A DNA stretch of 64,000 nt from Minisyncoccota bacterium (lineage in GTDB: Bacteria; Patescibacteriota; Minisyncoccia; Minisyncoccales; GCA-002788555), in assembly GCA_028716825.1 (NCBI GenBank), contig JAQUPA010000001.1:13071-77070 (forward strand). The letters run 5' to 3'. This document shows positions 50,277 through 59,988 of this stretch, piece by piece; positions within the stretch are counted from its first letter, which is position 1; each line of letters starts with the position of its first letter. The notes under the pieces are model-generated. The model saw only the letters and a list, made by a program, of their open reading frames with translations. It did not search any database and was not told the origin of the DNA. Made by a program: the position numbers and the translations under genes.

Positions 50277-51393
50277 CCTTCCCTTCTTTTAATTCTTTAA
50301 AAACTTTTTTAATATCTTTATCGTAAATATTTCTTCCTCCAAGACCAAAGACATATTTTTGCATTGGGATTTTATTTCCAAGTGCTTGTTTTATCTCTGC
50401 ATAAAGCGGGGGATTAGCTCCAAAAGAAAGGGACCTATCAAGAACTGCTATTGCTTTCTTGCCAGTTAAAGCTTTTTTTATTTCTTCGTATGGGAAAGGC
50501 CTGAAAATACGTGGTTTTAAAAGTCCTACTTTTTCTCCCTTTTTTCTTAATTTATCTATTTGTGCTTTTGCAGTTCCTGCAGTGGAGGACATTACAACAA
50601 TTGCATATTCTGCATCATCAAGCTGGTATTTTTCAAAATAATTATAGCTATTTCCCGTTATCTTTTTTAACTCTTCTCCTTCTTTTACTAAAATTTCTCT
50701 TGCATTTTCCATTGCTTCTTCCTGTGAAATTTTGAATTCAAAATATGAATCTGGCATTGAAAAAGGACCTACTAATGTTGGATTTTTAATATCAAGCAGA
50801 TTATAAGGCGGTTTATAACTTCCAAGAAAGTTTTTTATTACGCTATCTTCAAATAATTTTACCCTTTCTATTTGGTGAGTTGTTATAAAGCCGTCAATCA
50901 TTACCATGGCTGGCAATAAAACATTTTCATTTTTTGCAACTTTAAACGCCAAAATTAAATTTTCGTAAAATTCCTGAGCGCTTTCTGCATATATTTGAAT
51001 CCACCCAGAATCTCTTACCATCATTGTATCTGAATGATCGCAGTGAATGTTAATTGGAGCGGATAAGGCCCTGTTTGCAACTGGCATTAGGATTGGTAGG
51101 CGAAGACCCGAGGCGACATAAACAATTTCTGACATTAAAGCAAGACCTTGAGAAGAGGTTGCTGTCGCAGTTTTTACTCCCGCTGCCGCTGCACCCACTG
51201 CCGCTGACATTGCAGAGTGCTCGGATTCTACATTAATAAGCTCAGCGTCTGAATCTCCGTTTGCTACTATTTTTGCAAAGCCTTCTGCAATCGGAGATTG
51301 GGGAGTTATGGGATATACTGGAAAAACTTCAATTCCAATTTGACGCAAAGCCTCAGCACCAGCTTGTGCTCCAGATAAAGGTTTAATATTCAT
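50248..51393 (-). CDS. porA: Pyruvate:ferredoxin oxidoreductase alpha subunit
   Basis: YPITPQS, ESEHSAMS, TSSQGL, NRALSAPINIHCDH, FGLGGR. Confidence 0.95.
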   Translation of the reverse strand: MNIKPLSGAQAGAEALRQIGIEVFPVYPITPQSPIAEGFAKIVANGDSDAELINVESEHSAMSAAVGAAAAGVKTATATSSQGLALMSEIVYVASGLRLPILMPVANRALSAPINIHCDHSDTMMVRDSGWIQIYAESAQEFYENLILAFKVAKNENVLLPAMVMIDGFITTHQIERVKLFEDSVIKNFLGSYKPPYNLLDIKNPTLVGPFSMPDSYFEFKISQEEAMENAREILVKEGEELKKITGNSYNYFEKYQLDDAEYAIVVMSSTAGTAKAQIDKLRKKGEKVGLLKPRIFRPFPYEEIKKALTGKKAIAVLDRSLSFGANPPLYAEIKQALGNKIPMQKYVFGLGGRNIYDKDIKKVFKELKEGKVDNKIKWIK

Positions 51394-51842
51394 AAATATG
51401 TTAAATGTTAAATCCTATAACTTAAAACTAAATCTTAAATGTTAAATCTATTTTTTGCCTCTTATAGTTATTAAGCTCGAGGCGATCATCTTGCTAATTT
51501 CGTTTGATTCTTTTATTAATGGTTCTAATTTTTTCTCAGTTATTAATTTACCATCTCTTAGAAGACAAAGCCAGTAAATTGTCTCGTTACAGCTTCTTAG
51601 AGCAATTTCGTAAAATCTTGAAAAATCTTTCTTAGAGCTTGCAGATTTTGCTTCAATTAAATTTGCTCCTATTGATGTAGCACTCCTCAATAATTGATCT
51701 GTAAAAATTAAATAAACTTTGTTTTTGGGAAAATCTTTTACAAAATTGATAATATCCAATGAAAATTTGTATGATCGGTAACGAATATTATTAGATTTCG
51801 GATTTGACATGTGGATATTGGATATAGGATTTGAGTTCTGAG
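51394..51842. mobile_element. Heptamer-repeat inverted-repeat element carrying a four-helix-bundle gene
   Basis: Left arm 51394-51447 (TTAAATG/TTAAATC-type units) and right arm ~51793-51842 (GATTTGA/GATATTG-type units) in opposite orientation; related empty copy at 60871-60990. Confidence 0.6.
51448..51810 (-). CDS. Four-helix-bundle protein (23S rRNA IVP / bAvd-like family)
   Basis: DQLLRSATSIGANLIEA..A.SKKDF..FY.IALRS.NET.YWL.LL. Confidence 0.92.
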   Translation of the reverse strand: MSNPKSNNIRYRSYKFSLDIINFVKDFPKNKVYLIFTDQLLRSATSIGANLIEAKSASSKKDFSRFYEIALRSCNETIYWLCLLRDGKLITEKKLEPLIKESNEISKMIASSLITIRGKK

Positions 51843-52100
51843 TTATTCTTCAATCATTTTAATTGCTCCAGCGGGACATTTTTCAGAGCAAATTCCGCAG
51901 CCCTTGCAAAAGTCAGGATTAAATTTTATCTCATTTTTTTCTTTATCCAAAGAAAGGGAATTTTCAGGACAGGATTTTACGCATTGTTGGCAACGGATGC
52001 ATTTTTCATTGTCTATTTCCGGTCTTTGCGATTTCCAGGAACCTGTTTTGAATTTTTTGCTTGTGCCTGCTGGCAAAATTGGTAAATTTGGTTTTTCCAT
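51843..52100 (-). CDS. porD: Pyruvate:ferredoxin oxidoreductase delta subunit (2x[4Fe-4S])
   Basis: KTGSW..RP, CIRCQQCVKSCP, CKGCGICSEKCP. Confidence 0.92.
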   Translation of the reverse strand: MEKPNLPILPAGTSKKFKTGSWKSQRPEIDNEKCIRCQQCVKSCPENSLSLDKEKNEIKFNPDFCKGCGICSEKCPAGAIKMIEE

Positions 52101-52103
52101 ATT

Positions 52104-52493
52104 TTATTTTACAGCTTTAAAGATTTTTTTTCGATCTAAAAGCAGAAAGGTAATGGGAATAAGATATATAACTAAAAAAGATAGTAAGATAATTTTTATA
52201 GCTATAGAATTTTTTAAATAGTCTTTTAATATATAGAAGAAGTTCAATAAAAGAAATAACCCTATTGTTAGAACATAAAATAATGTTCCATACCACGCTA
52301 TTTTTTTCTTTTTTAATAAGAAAATACCACAAATTAAAGATATAATAAAATAAATAAGGCCCGCGATTATTGTTAATTCTCCTTTTAAAATTAAGGCAAG
52401 GAAAAAAAATCCATATATTATAGTTATCCACGCGGCAATTTTTGTTTTTATCGGTAAAGGATTTTCAGATTTTTTTATTTTTTGTTTTTCCAT
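52104..52493 (-). CDS. Hypothetical 4-TM membrane protein inserted in the por operon
   Basis: 129-aa hydrophobic ORF between porC and porD. Confidence 0.65.
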   Translation of the reverse strand: MEKQKIKKSENPLPIKTKIAAWITIIYGFFFLALILKGELTIIAGLIYFIISLICGIFLLKKKKIAWYGTLFYVLTIGLFLLLNFFYILKDYLKNSIAIKIILLSFLVIYLIPITFLLLDRKKIFKAVK

Positions 52494-52505
52494 TTTTTAG
52501 ATTTC

Positions 52506-52564
52506 TTTACCCCGTTAAATCCCGCGGAGCGGGAACTGCTAAAACAATTATTTAATGGGGTGAA
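52506..52564. repeat. Short inverted-repeat element overlapping the porC stop codon
   Basis: TTTACCCCGTTAAAT-CCCGC-GGA-GCGGGA...ATTTAATGGGGTGAA; same layout as 23772-23827. Confidence 0.65.
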
Positions 52565-53105
52565 TTTGGTTATAACCCTTCTCAAGGGCTTTTATATTTT
52601 TTTCTAATATATCTTCTGGCAGAAATGAAAATTTTTCTTTAACTTCTTCTTTTATTGTATCAAGATCCAAAACATTTGTTGCCTTTAATATAGATCCAAG
52701 CATAGGAACGTTTGGAAGGTTTTTTTGGAAAAGGTCAAAAGAAATTTTTGTCGCGTCCACAACAAAAATTTTATATTTTCCGAAATTTTCTTTGATTTTT
52801 TCCTCTGGCATTGAAGAATTAAAAACTAAAATACCTTTTTCTTTGAGTCCATCTGTAAAATTAACAAGCCCAATTAAGGTATCGTCCAAAACTACAACAA
52901 CATCAGGATCTATTATTGGCTGGTTGCTTTTTATTTCCTCATTAGATATTTTTGTATAGTATTGGACAGGAGCGCCGGTTCTCTCGGGGCCGAATTCAGG
53001 GAAACTTTTTGCATATTTATCTGATCTTATTGCCCCGGTAGCTAAAATCTCAGCTGCGGTTTTACCACCCTGTCCTCCTCTTCCATGTATTCTTATTTGG
53101 AGCAT
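52548..53105 (-). CDS. porC: Pyruvate:ferredoxin oxidoreductase gamma subunit
   Basis: MLQIRIHGRGGQGGKTA, FPEFGPERTGAPV, PNVPMLG; ATG at 53105. Confidence 0.93.
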   Translation of the reverse strand: MLQIRIHGRGGQGGKTAAEILATGAIRSDKYAKSFPEFGPERTGAPVQYYTKISNEEIKSNQPIIDPDVVVVLDDTLIGLVNFTDGLKEKGILVFNSSMPEEKIKENFGKYKIFVVDATKISFDLFQKNLPNVPMLGSILKATNVLDLDTIKEEVKEKFSFLPEDILEKNIKALEKGYNQIHPIK

Positions 53106-53192
53106 AAATATAATTCTGATATAATGATTTATAATTTTAATATTTAAAAAGTCGCAAGTCAAACCTTAATTTTAAATAATAAACAAAAAAAT

Positions 53193-55139
53193 ATGTTAAC
53201 AAAGAAGGGCGGTCTCTATTTTCCAAGTTCTGATTTTAAAAAAAGAGCGATTATCAAAAACAAAGAAATTTATAAAAAGTCATTAAAAAATCCGATTAAA
53301 TTTTGGGAAGAAGCAGCAAATGAAATTTTATGGCAGAAAAAATGGAATAAAACTTTCTCGCACAAGCCCCCTTATTTTAGCTGGTTCTCGGGCGGGAAAT
53401 TAAACATTACAGAAAATGCACTGGATAGAAATCTTGCAGAAAGAAGAAATAAGGTTGCATTAATCTGGGAGCCCGAGCCCTTTGAAGAAACACCAAGAAT
53501 TCTTACTTATTATGAACTTTATAGGGCGGTAAACAGGTGCGCCAATGCCTTAAGAAAAATGGGGGTTAAGAAGGGAGATAGGGTTGGAATTTATTTGCCA
53601 ATGATACCCGAGGTTTTAATTTCAATGCTTGCTTGCGCAAGAATTGGAGCTGTACACACAGTTGTTTTTTCGGCTTTTTCCTCCCAGGCCTTACAGGTGA
53701 GATTACAAGACACAGGAGCGAAGTTATTAATTACCGCTGATGGATATTATAGATCAGGCCAAGTTATAGATTTAAAAAAGAATGCTGATGAAGGAATTAA
53801 AAAAACAAAAGTTAAAAAAGTAATAGTAGTAAAAAGAGCAGGCAATAATGTTTCTATAAAGAAAGGAAAAGATTATTGGTGGAAGGATCTTATGAAAGGG
53901 GAGAGTGACTATTGCGAACCGGTTCAAATGGATAGCGAGGATTTGCAGTTTATTCTTTATACTTCAGGTTCAACCGGTAAGCCAAAAGGAATAGTTCATA
54001 CTTGCGGTGGCTTTACCGTTCAGGCTTATCTTACTTCAAAATTGATTTTTGACCTAAGGGATGATGATATTTTTTGGTCAACAGCAGACATTGGCTGGAT
54101 TACAGGGCATACATATTCATGCTATGGACCGTTATTAAATGGTGCAACTTTTGTTTTATTTGAAGGTTTGCCCAACTGGCCTTATCCAGAAAGGTGGTGT
54201 GATGTGATTGAAGAGCATGGAGTTACAACTTTCTATACTGCTCCTACCGCAATAAGAATGTTTCAGAAACAAATAAAAAAGATAAAACAAAAATTACAAA
54301 CTCTGCAAATTATAGTTTCAGTAGGTGAACCAATTAACGAAAAGGCATGGAATTGGTATTTTGAAGAAGTTGGCAAGAAGAATTGTCCTTTACTTGATAC
54401 TTGGTGGCAGACAGAGACAGGTGGAATTTTAGTAACTTCTTTACCGGGCATTGGACCCTTCAAGCCCACCTTTACAGGACTTCCATTGCCAGGCGTTAAA
54501 ATTGATATTTTAGACGATAAAGGAAAATCTTTACCCAAAAACAAAGAGGGTAATCTTGTTATCTTACCGCCCTTTACACCAGGTATGTTGCGAGGAGTTT
54601 ATAAGAATCACAAAAAATATGTTGAAACTTATTGGGCAGAGTATGGAGATAAAATTTACTTTACAAGCGATGGAGCGTATCGTGACAAAGATGGTCTTGT
54701 GAGAATTGTTGGCAGAGTGGATGATGTTATTAAGGTTGCAGGACATAGAGTCTCAACCGGAGAGATAGAAAATGCGATTACAAAAAACAAACACTTTATT
54801 GAATGTGCGGTTGTGGGTATGCCAGACGAGATTAAAGGTGAGGTTCCTGTAGCATTTGTTGTTTTATCCTCCAAGGGCGGACCAGCCTTGGGCTGGAAAG
54901 ATATAAAGGTGAGTGAAGAACTTAAAAAGGAAGTTACGGGCGAGGTAATGAAAAGTATTGGTCCTATCTCGCTGCCCAAAGAAATTTATTTTGTTCCTGA
55001 TTTGCCAAAAACAAGGAGCGGTAAAATAATGAGAAGAATTCTAAAGAGATTTTTTACAGGCGAGGAACTTGGAGATCTTTCAACTCTTGCAAATCCAGAA
55101 ATTGTTGCCACCATTAAAAAAATTGTCGGGATTAAATAA
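53193..55139 (+). CDS. acs: Acetyl-CoA synthetase (AMP-forming)
   Basis: YTSGSTGKPKG, ADIGWITGH, VGEPIN, DTWWQTETGG, LPKTRSGKIMRR. Confidence 0.96.
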   Translation: MLTKKGGLYFPSSDFKKRAIIKNKEIYKKSLKNPIKFWEEAANEILWQKKWNKTFSHKPPYFSWFSGGKLNITENALDRNLAERRNKVALIWEPEPFEETPRILTYYELYRAVNRCANALRKMGVKKGDRVGIYLPMIPEVLISMLACARIGAVHTVVFSAFSSQALQVRLQDTGAKLLITADGYYRSGQVIDLKKNADEGIKKTKVKKVIVVKRAGNNVSIKKGKDYWWKDLMKGESDYCEPVQMDSEDLQFILYTSGSTGKPKGIVHTCGGFTVQAYLTSKLIFDLRDDDIFWSTADIGWITGHTYSCYGPLLNGATFVLFEGLPNWPYPERWCDVIEEHGVTTFYTAPTAIRMFQKQIKKIKQKLQTLQIIVSVGEPINEKAWNWYFEEVGKKNCPLLDTWWQTETGGILVTSLPGIGPFKPTFTGLPLPGVKIDILDDKGKSLPKNKEGNLVILPPFTPGMLRGVYKNHKKYVETYWAEYGDKIYFTSDGAYRDKDGLVRIVGRVDDVIKVAGHRVSTGEIENAITKNKHFIECAVVGMPDEIKGEVPVAFVVLSSKGGPALGWKDIKVSEELKKEVTGEVMKSIGPISLPKEIYFVPDLPKTRSGKIMRRILKRFFTGEELGDLSTLANPEIVATIKKIVGIK

Positions 55140-55143
55140 TTTT

Positions 55144-55692
55144 ATGATTTTCCCTCCAGAGTTTTTAGTTTTTCTTTTAGCGATGGCGCCAATTTCGGAA
55201 CTTAGAGGAGCTATTCCAACTGGCGTTGCAATTTTTGGTCTTTCTTTTTGGAAAGTTTTTTGCATTGCTTTTTTTGGAAATTTAATTCCCGTTGCCTTGA
55301 TCTTATTATTTTTAGAACCTGTTTCTAAATTTTTGCGAAAGAATTCAAAGTTTTTTGATAGATTTTTCAATTGGCTTTTTGAAAAAACTAGAAAAAAAGT
55401 TTCCCCCAAAATTAAAAATTACGAGAAGTTAGGGCTTACTTTGTTTGTCGCAATACCACTTCCAATAACTGGTGGTTGGACAGGAGCGGTCGCTGCTTTT
55501 TTATTAGGGTTACCTTTTAAAGTCGCTTTTCCTTTGATTACAATTGGCGTTTTTATAGCAGGTGTTATTGTTTCTATATTAACTTTGTCAGGCGTTGCTA
55601 TTGGAGAAGTTTTTGGATGGGTTACTTTTGTTCTAGCTATTTTGGTTATCTTATTTTTTTATTTTTTGTATAAGTTAATAACAAAGAAATAG
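55144..55692 (+). CDS. COG2426 / small multidrug export-type membrane protein
   Basis: AMAPISELRGAIP, LFVAIPLPITGGWTG; ATG at 55144. Confidence 0.85.
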   Translation: MIFPPEFLVFLLAMAPISELRGAIPTGVAIFGLSFWKVFCIAFFGNLIPVALILLFLEPVSKFLRKNSKFFDRFFNWLFEKTRKKVSPKIKNYEKLGLTLFVAIPLPITGGWTGAVAAFLLGLPFKVAFPLITIGVFIAGVIVSILTLSGVAIGEVFGWVTFVLAILVILFFYFLYKLITKK

Positions 55693-55697
55693 TAAAA

Positions 55698-56825
55698 ATG
55701 AAAATTTGTTTTGTTTCTGCTCATCCAATGACATATCCCGGGGGCGTTCAAAATCATATTTTAGCTTTAAAAAAAGAATATGAAAAAAGAGGGCATGAAG
55801 TAAAAATAATTTATGCCAAAGATAAATCATCTAAGAATGGAAAGAAAGACGAAATTTTATTTGGTAGGTCAGTTTATCTTCCTGGTAATGCTTCAAAAGC
55901 GAATCTAAGCTTAGAGTTTAACACCAGAAATATTAAAAAAAACTTAGAAAAAGAGGATTTTGATGTTTTACATTTTCAAAACTTTGGGATTTTTTTGCCT
56001 TGGCAGGTATTAAGGGCTTCAAGAAAAATAAAAGGAAAAAGGGCTTTGAACGTTTTAACTTTGCATGCTTTTTGGGATGCTTCAAGAATGCTCAAGATAT
56101 TATCAGGATTTTTTAGTAGTTATTTTTTGCCAAAGTTTGACGCGTTAATTACTGTATCTGAGCCAGTTTCAAAGCAAATAAGGTATAATGGTATATCTGA
56201 AATTATACCAAACGGCATCGACCTTAAAAATTTTTCTCCAGAGGGCGAGAAAATAAAAAAATTCTGCGATGATAAAATAAACATTCTTTTTGTTGGCAGA
56301 ATTGAAGAGAGGAAGGGATTGATTTATCTTTTAAAAGCTTTTGAAATTTTGAAAGCAAAATATAAAGACATAAGATTAATAGTTGTGGGTGATGGTTTTG
56401 ATAGGAAAAAAATGGAGAGATTTGCAGAGTATAGAAAAATTCAGGATGTTTTTTTTGAGGGCGAGGCTACAAACGAAGAGTTACCAAGATATTACAGGAC
56501 AGCTGATATTTGTTGTTTTCCTGCGATATTCGGAGAAGCTTTTGGAATAGTTTTACTTGAGGCTATGGCCTCAGGAAAACCGGTAGTGGCTTTTTCCAAT
56601 GCGGGCTATAAAGAAGTTTTAGTTGCAAAAGGAAAGGATTTTCTTGTAGAACCAAAGAATATTAAAGGATTATCAGAAAAGTTAGAGAGATTAATTCAGA
56701 ATAAAGAATTAAGAGAAAGCCTTGGTAATTGGGGTAGAATAGAGGCGGAGAAATATTCCTGGCTCAAGATTGCCTCTAAATCTTTAAATTTTTATGATAA
56801 GGTGATAAAATCAAAATCACAATAA
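55698..56825 (+). CDS. GT4 glycosyltransferase, PimA-like
   Basis: PGGVQNHI, IIPNGID, FVGRIEERKG, GEAFGIVLLEAMASG. Confidence 0.85.
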   Translation: MKICFVSAHPMTYPGGVQNHILALKKEYEKRGHEVKIIYAKDKSSKNGKKDEILFGRSVYLPGNASKANLSLEFNTRNIKKNLEKEDFDVLHFQNFGIFLPWQVLRASRKIKGKRALNVLTLHAFWDASRMLKILSGFFSSYFLPKFDALITVSEPVSKQIRYNGISEIIPNGIDLKNFSPEGEKIKKFCDDKINILFVGRIEERKGLIYLLKAFEILKAKYKDIRLIVVGDGFDRKKMERFAEYRKIQDVFFEGEATNEELPRYYRTADICCFPAIFGEAFGIVLLEAMASGKPVVAFSNAGYKEVLVAKGKDFLVEPKNIKGLSEKLERLIQNKELRESLGNWGRIEAEKYSWLKIASKSLNFYDKVIKSKSQ

Positions 56826-56832
56826 AATTTTT

Positions 56833-58626
56833 ATGGATAATATTACAAAAAAAGAGTTAAGGAAGATGATATTTTTTTCCCAGGAAAGAATTGAAAAAAA
56901 CAAAGAAAAAATTAACAAGATTAATGTTTTTCCCGTACCGGATCAGGACACGGGTGGCAACTTAGCAAAGACGCTTGGAGGAATTAAAGAATCAATTGAA
57001 AATAAAAAATTTAAAGATTTAGATGAACTTGCAAATGCCGCACTTGATGGTGCGCTTGAGGCAGCTCAAGGGAATGCCGGTGTAATTTATACCGGATTTT
57101 TGGCCGGATTTTTGCCGGCTTTTCAGAACAGAAATCCAATCAATGCTGAAAAATTATCAACAGCCATGAGAGAAGGAGCCATTAAAGCGAGGCAGTCAAT
57201 TCAAGATCCAAAAGACGGCACAATTCTTGATGTAATTGACGCTGCCGCAGAGACCATTGAAAAAGAATCAAAGAAAGATAAAGACATAGTATCTCTTTTT
57301 AAGAAGGCAACAAAAATGGCAAATGAAGCTTTACTTGCGACCCGTGATAAAATGGAAGTTTTTAAAAAAGCAAATGTAGTTGATGCAGGTGGACTTGGAT
57401 ATCTTATAATACTTGAAAGCTATGTTGATGCTCTTGAGGGTAGCGAGCTTAGAGAAGAAGAAGAGAGATCGTCCGAAAAAGTAAGAAAGTTTGTACAAAC
57501 AATCTCTTTTAGGTACGAAGTTGTTTTTTTAATTAAGAACCAGAGAATAAAAAGAGAAGAATTAGCAAATAGGCTTGAAAAAATTGGTGATTCCATTGAA
57601 ATTTTGGAAGTACAAGACAAAACAAAAGTTCATGTTCATACTGATGATCCGGATGAAGTAAAGAAAATAGCAAGGGATGCGGGAGAAATTCAGAACTTAA
57701 GAACAGAAGACATAGCAAAGGAAGTTGCAGGAGAGATTTCCGTAAAAGAAAGTTCGATTGGTATTGTTGTTGAAGAAACTTCTGATATGCCACAAAAGAT
57801 AATTGATAAATACAGGCTTGGTTTTGTAAATCACATTATAGATTGGCCAGAGGGAGAAAAATTATCTGGAGATAATATTTATCAAAAAATGAGAGAAGCT
57901 GACAAAAAAGGAATTAAGTCTCTTCCAAAAACATCTCAGGCTTCTCCTAAAAAATTTCGGGATATTTTTCAGAAGGAGTTTAAAAAATTGCCAAAAAACG
58001 CAGAAATTATTTCGATTTCACTATCCTCAAAGCTCTCGGGCGCATTTAATTCTGCTAATCAAGCAAAACAAATAATGCCAAATCCCGCAAAGGTTTTCAT
58101 TTTTGATTCTTTAAATGTTAGTGCGGGGCTTGCTCTTTTTATTTTAAGAGCGATAGAGCTAAACGGAGAAAAAAGAGATTGTGGCGAAATTATAAAGAAA
58201 CTAAAAAATTTAATTCCCAATATTTATTTGTATGGCGTTGTTGAAGATCCGAAATGGTTAGAATCTGGCGGGAGAATGAGTCATTCTCAGGCTGTTTGGG
58301 TAAAAAGAATGCAAAAAATAGGTATTCGTCCTTTAATCACGGTGAAGAAAGGAAAGATTGAAAAAGGAGGAATTTGTTTTGGAGTTAAGGATTTATCAAC
58401 AGCTGTTTTTAAGAAAATAAAAAGAACCTCAAGAAAAGCAAGAAGTTCGGGTAAGAAGATAAGAGTAATCATTAATCACTGCGATAACAAAGAAGAGGCA
58501 GAAAAGTTGAGGAAGAAACTAAAAGAGATTAAAGCAGAAGTTCCGTATATAAATTTGGTAAGTCCTGTTATCGGGGTTCATGTAGGACCGGGTACTTTAA
58601 TTGCTGCATGGACAATCATTAATTAA
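56833..58626 (+). CDS. Fatty acid kinase fusion: DAK2 (FakA-like) plus DegV (FakB-like)
   Basis: INKINVFPVPDQDTG.N, GNAG, GTILDV, VVDAGG, KVHVHT, then PKTSQAS, SSKLSG, HVGPGT. Confidence 0.9.
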   Translation: MDNITKKELRKMIFFSQERIEKNKEKINKINVFPVPDQDTGGNLAKTLGGIKESIENKKFKDLDELANAALDGALEAAQGNAGVIYTGFLAGFLPAFQNRNPINAEKLSTAMREGAIKARQSIQDPKDGTILDVIDAAAETIEKESKKDKDIVSLFKKATKMANEALLATRDKMEVFKKANVVDAGGLGYLIILESYVDALEGSELREEEERSSEKVRKFVQTISFRYEVVFLIKNQRIKREELANRLEKIGDSIEILEVQDKTKVHVHTDDPDEVKKIARDAGEIQNLRTEDIAKEVAGEISVKESSIGIVVEETSDMPQKIIDKYRLGFVNHIIDWPEGEKLSGDNIYQKMREADKKGIKSLPKTSQASPKKFRDIFQKEFKKLPKNAEIISISLSSKLSGAFNSANQAKQIMPNPAKVFIFDSLNVSAGLALFILRAIELNGEKRDCGEIIKKLKNLIPNIYLYGVVEDPKWLESGGRMSHSQAVWVKRMQKIGIRPLITVKKGKIEKGGICFGVKDLSTAVFKKIKRTSRKARSSGKKIRVIINHCDNKEEAEKLRKKLKEIKAEVPYINLVSPVIGVHVGPGTLIAAWTIIN

Positions 58627-58631
58627 AAATT

Positions 58632-59333
58632 ATGAAAAGCAAAATAAATCACATTGTAATTATCCCAGACGGCAACAGAAGGTGGGCAAGGAGGAGAGGT
58701 ATTTCGCCGCAAAGAGGTCACAGGAGAGGCATTAAAACGTTAGAGAAAATTTTAGAGAAAGCCAGAGATATGGGCATTAAATATTTTACTTTCTGGACCG
58801 CTTCCTGGGATAATTTAACTAAGAGGTCGGAGAAAGAAATTGATTATTTATTTAATGTTTTGGAAGAGCAATTTAGAAGAGTGCTTGATGATGAAAGGAC
58901 TTTTCAAAATAAAGTAAGGGTTAATGTTTTTGGCAGATGGATAGACATTACCCCAGGGAAAACTCAAGCAGTAATAAAAGAACTTATAGCAAAAACCCGT
59001 ACCTTCAACAAACATGTTCTAACTTTCCTCCTAGCTTACAATGGAACAGATGAAATGATAAACTGCGTAGAAGAGATATCAAAGAAAGGTATAAAAAAAA
59101 TAAACAAAGATACAATAAAAAACCATCTTTGGACAAAAGATCTTCCACCGGTAGATCTTGTAATACGCACAGGATGTGAAGAAGATCCACACATGTCAGC
59201 AGGATTTATGATGTGGGATACAGCATACTCCCAGCTTTACTTTACAAAAACCCTTTTTCCTGCATTCACCCCAAAAGAGTTTGAGAAAATCATAAAGAAC
59301 TTCTCAAAAAGAGAAAGGAGGATGGGGAAGTAG
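58632..59333 (+). CDS. uppS: Undecaprenyl/polyprenyl diphosphate synthase
   Basis: HIVIIPDGNRRWA, S.DNLTKR, DLVIRTG, FSKRERRMGK. Confidence 0.93.
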   Translation: MKSKINHIVIIPDGNRRWARRRGISPQRGHRRGIKTLEKILEKARDMGIKYFTFWTASWDNLTKRSEKEIDYLFNVLEEQFRRVLDDERTFQNKVRVNVFGRWIDITPGKTQAVIKELIAKTRTFNKHVLTFLLAYNGTDEMINCVEEISKKGIKKINKDTIKNHLWTKDLPPVDLVIRTGCEEDPHMSAGFMMWDTAYSQLYFTKTLFPAFTPKEFEKIIKNFSKRERRMGK

Positions 59334-59358
59334 AGAGAGTTAATAACAAACAAAAAAC

Positions 59359-59988
59359 ATGATTGAAATAATTTATTTATTTATAATTTTTTTATTATCG
59401 TATTTTATCGGTTCTTTCCCGACGGCTTATTTTGTGACAAAGAAATTTACAGACAAGGATATAAGAAAAGAGGGAACTGGTAATGTTGGGGCTATGAACA
59501 CTTCCAGAGCTACAGGGAAGTTTTATTTATTCTTTTTAGTTCTTCTGGGAGATGTTTTAAAAGGAGCATTGCCTGTATATATTGTTAAAAATTTAAATCT
59601 TGGCGATTATTCTATTTTAGCAATCACTTTTTGTGGTTTTGGTGTTGTTTTGGGTCACTGTTATTCTGCTTATTTTAAAATCAAAGATGGAAGTTTCGCG
59701 GGCGGGAAAGCAATTGCTTCAATGAGCGGGATTTTGGGTGTTTTGAATTTTTATTATTTATTTTTACCCTGGGTTTCTGTTTGTATTCTCTATATAATTT
59801 TTTCGGGCTATTTATTTTTGGGTCAGTTTATGGCTAATTTATTTTTACCAATTATAAGCTATATTTTAGTTCCTCAATATTTTTGGTTATGTTTTTTGTC
59901 TGCGATTCCGATTTTCTTTAAGCAAAAATCAAGATTTATCCCAATGTTAAAAGGGAGAGAACCTAAATGGTATTGGAAAAAAAGATAA
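59359..59988 (+). CDS. plsY: Glycerol-3-phosphate acyltransferase PlsY
   Basis: SYFIGSFP, DIRKEGTGNVGAMN..R, DVLKG, LGHCY, GGKAIA. Confidence 0.9.
   Translation: MIEIIYLFIIFLLSYFIGSFPTAYFVTKKFTDKDIRKEGTGNVGAMNTSRATGKFYLFFLVLLGDVLKGALPVYIVKNLNLGDYSILAITFCGFGVVLGHCYSAYFKIKDGSFAGGKAIASMSGILGVLNFYYLFLPWVSVCILYIIFSGYLFLGQFMANLFLPIISYILVPQYFWLCFLSAIPIFFKQKSRFIPMLKGREPKWYWKKR

Noticed and set aside
51448-51810. Diversity-generating retroelement (Avd-like gene)
   Set aside because: No reverse transcriptase and no TR/VR pair differing at adenines in the window
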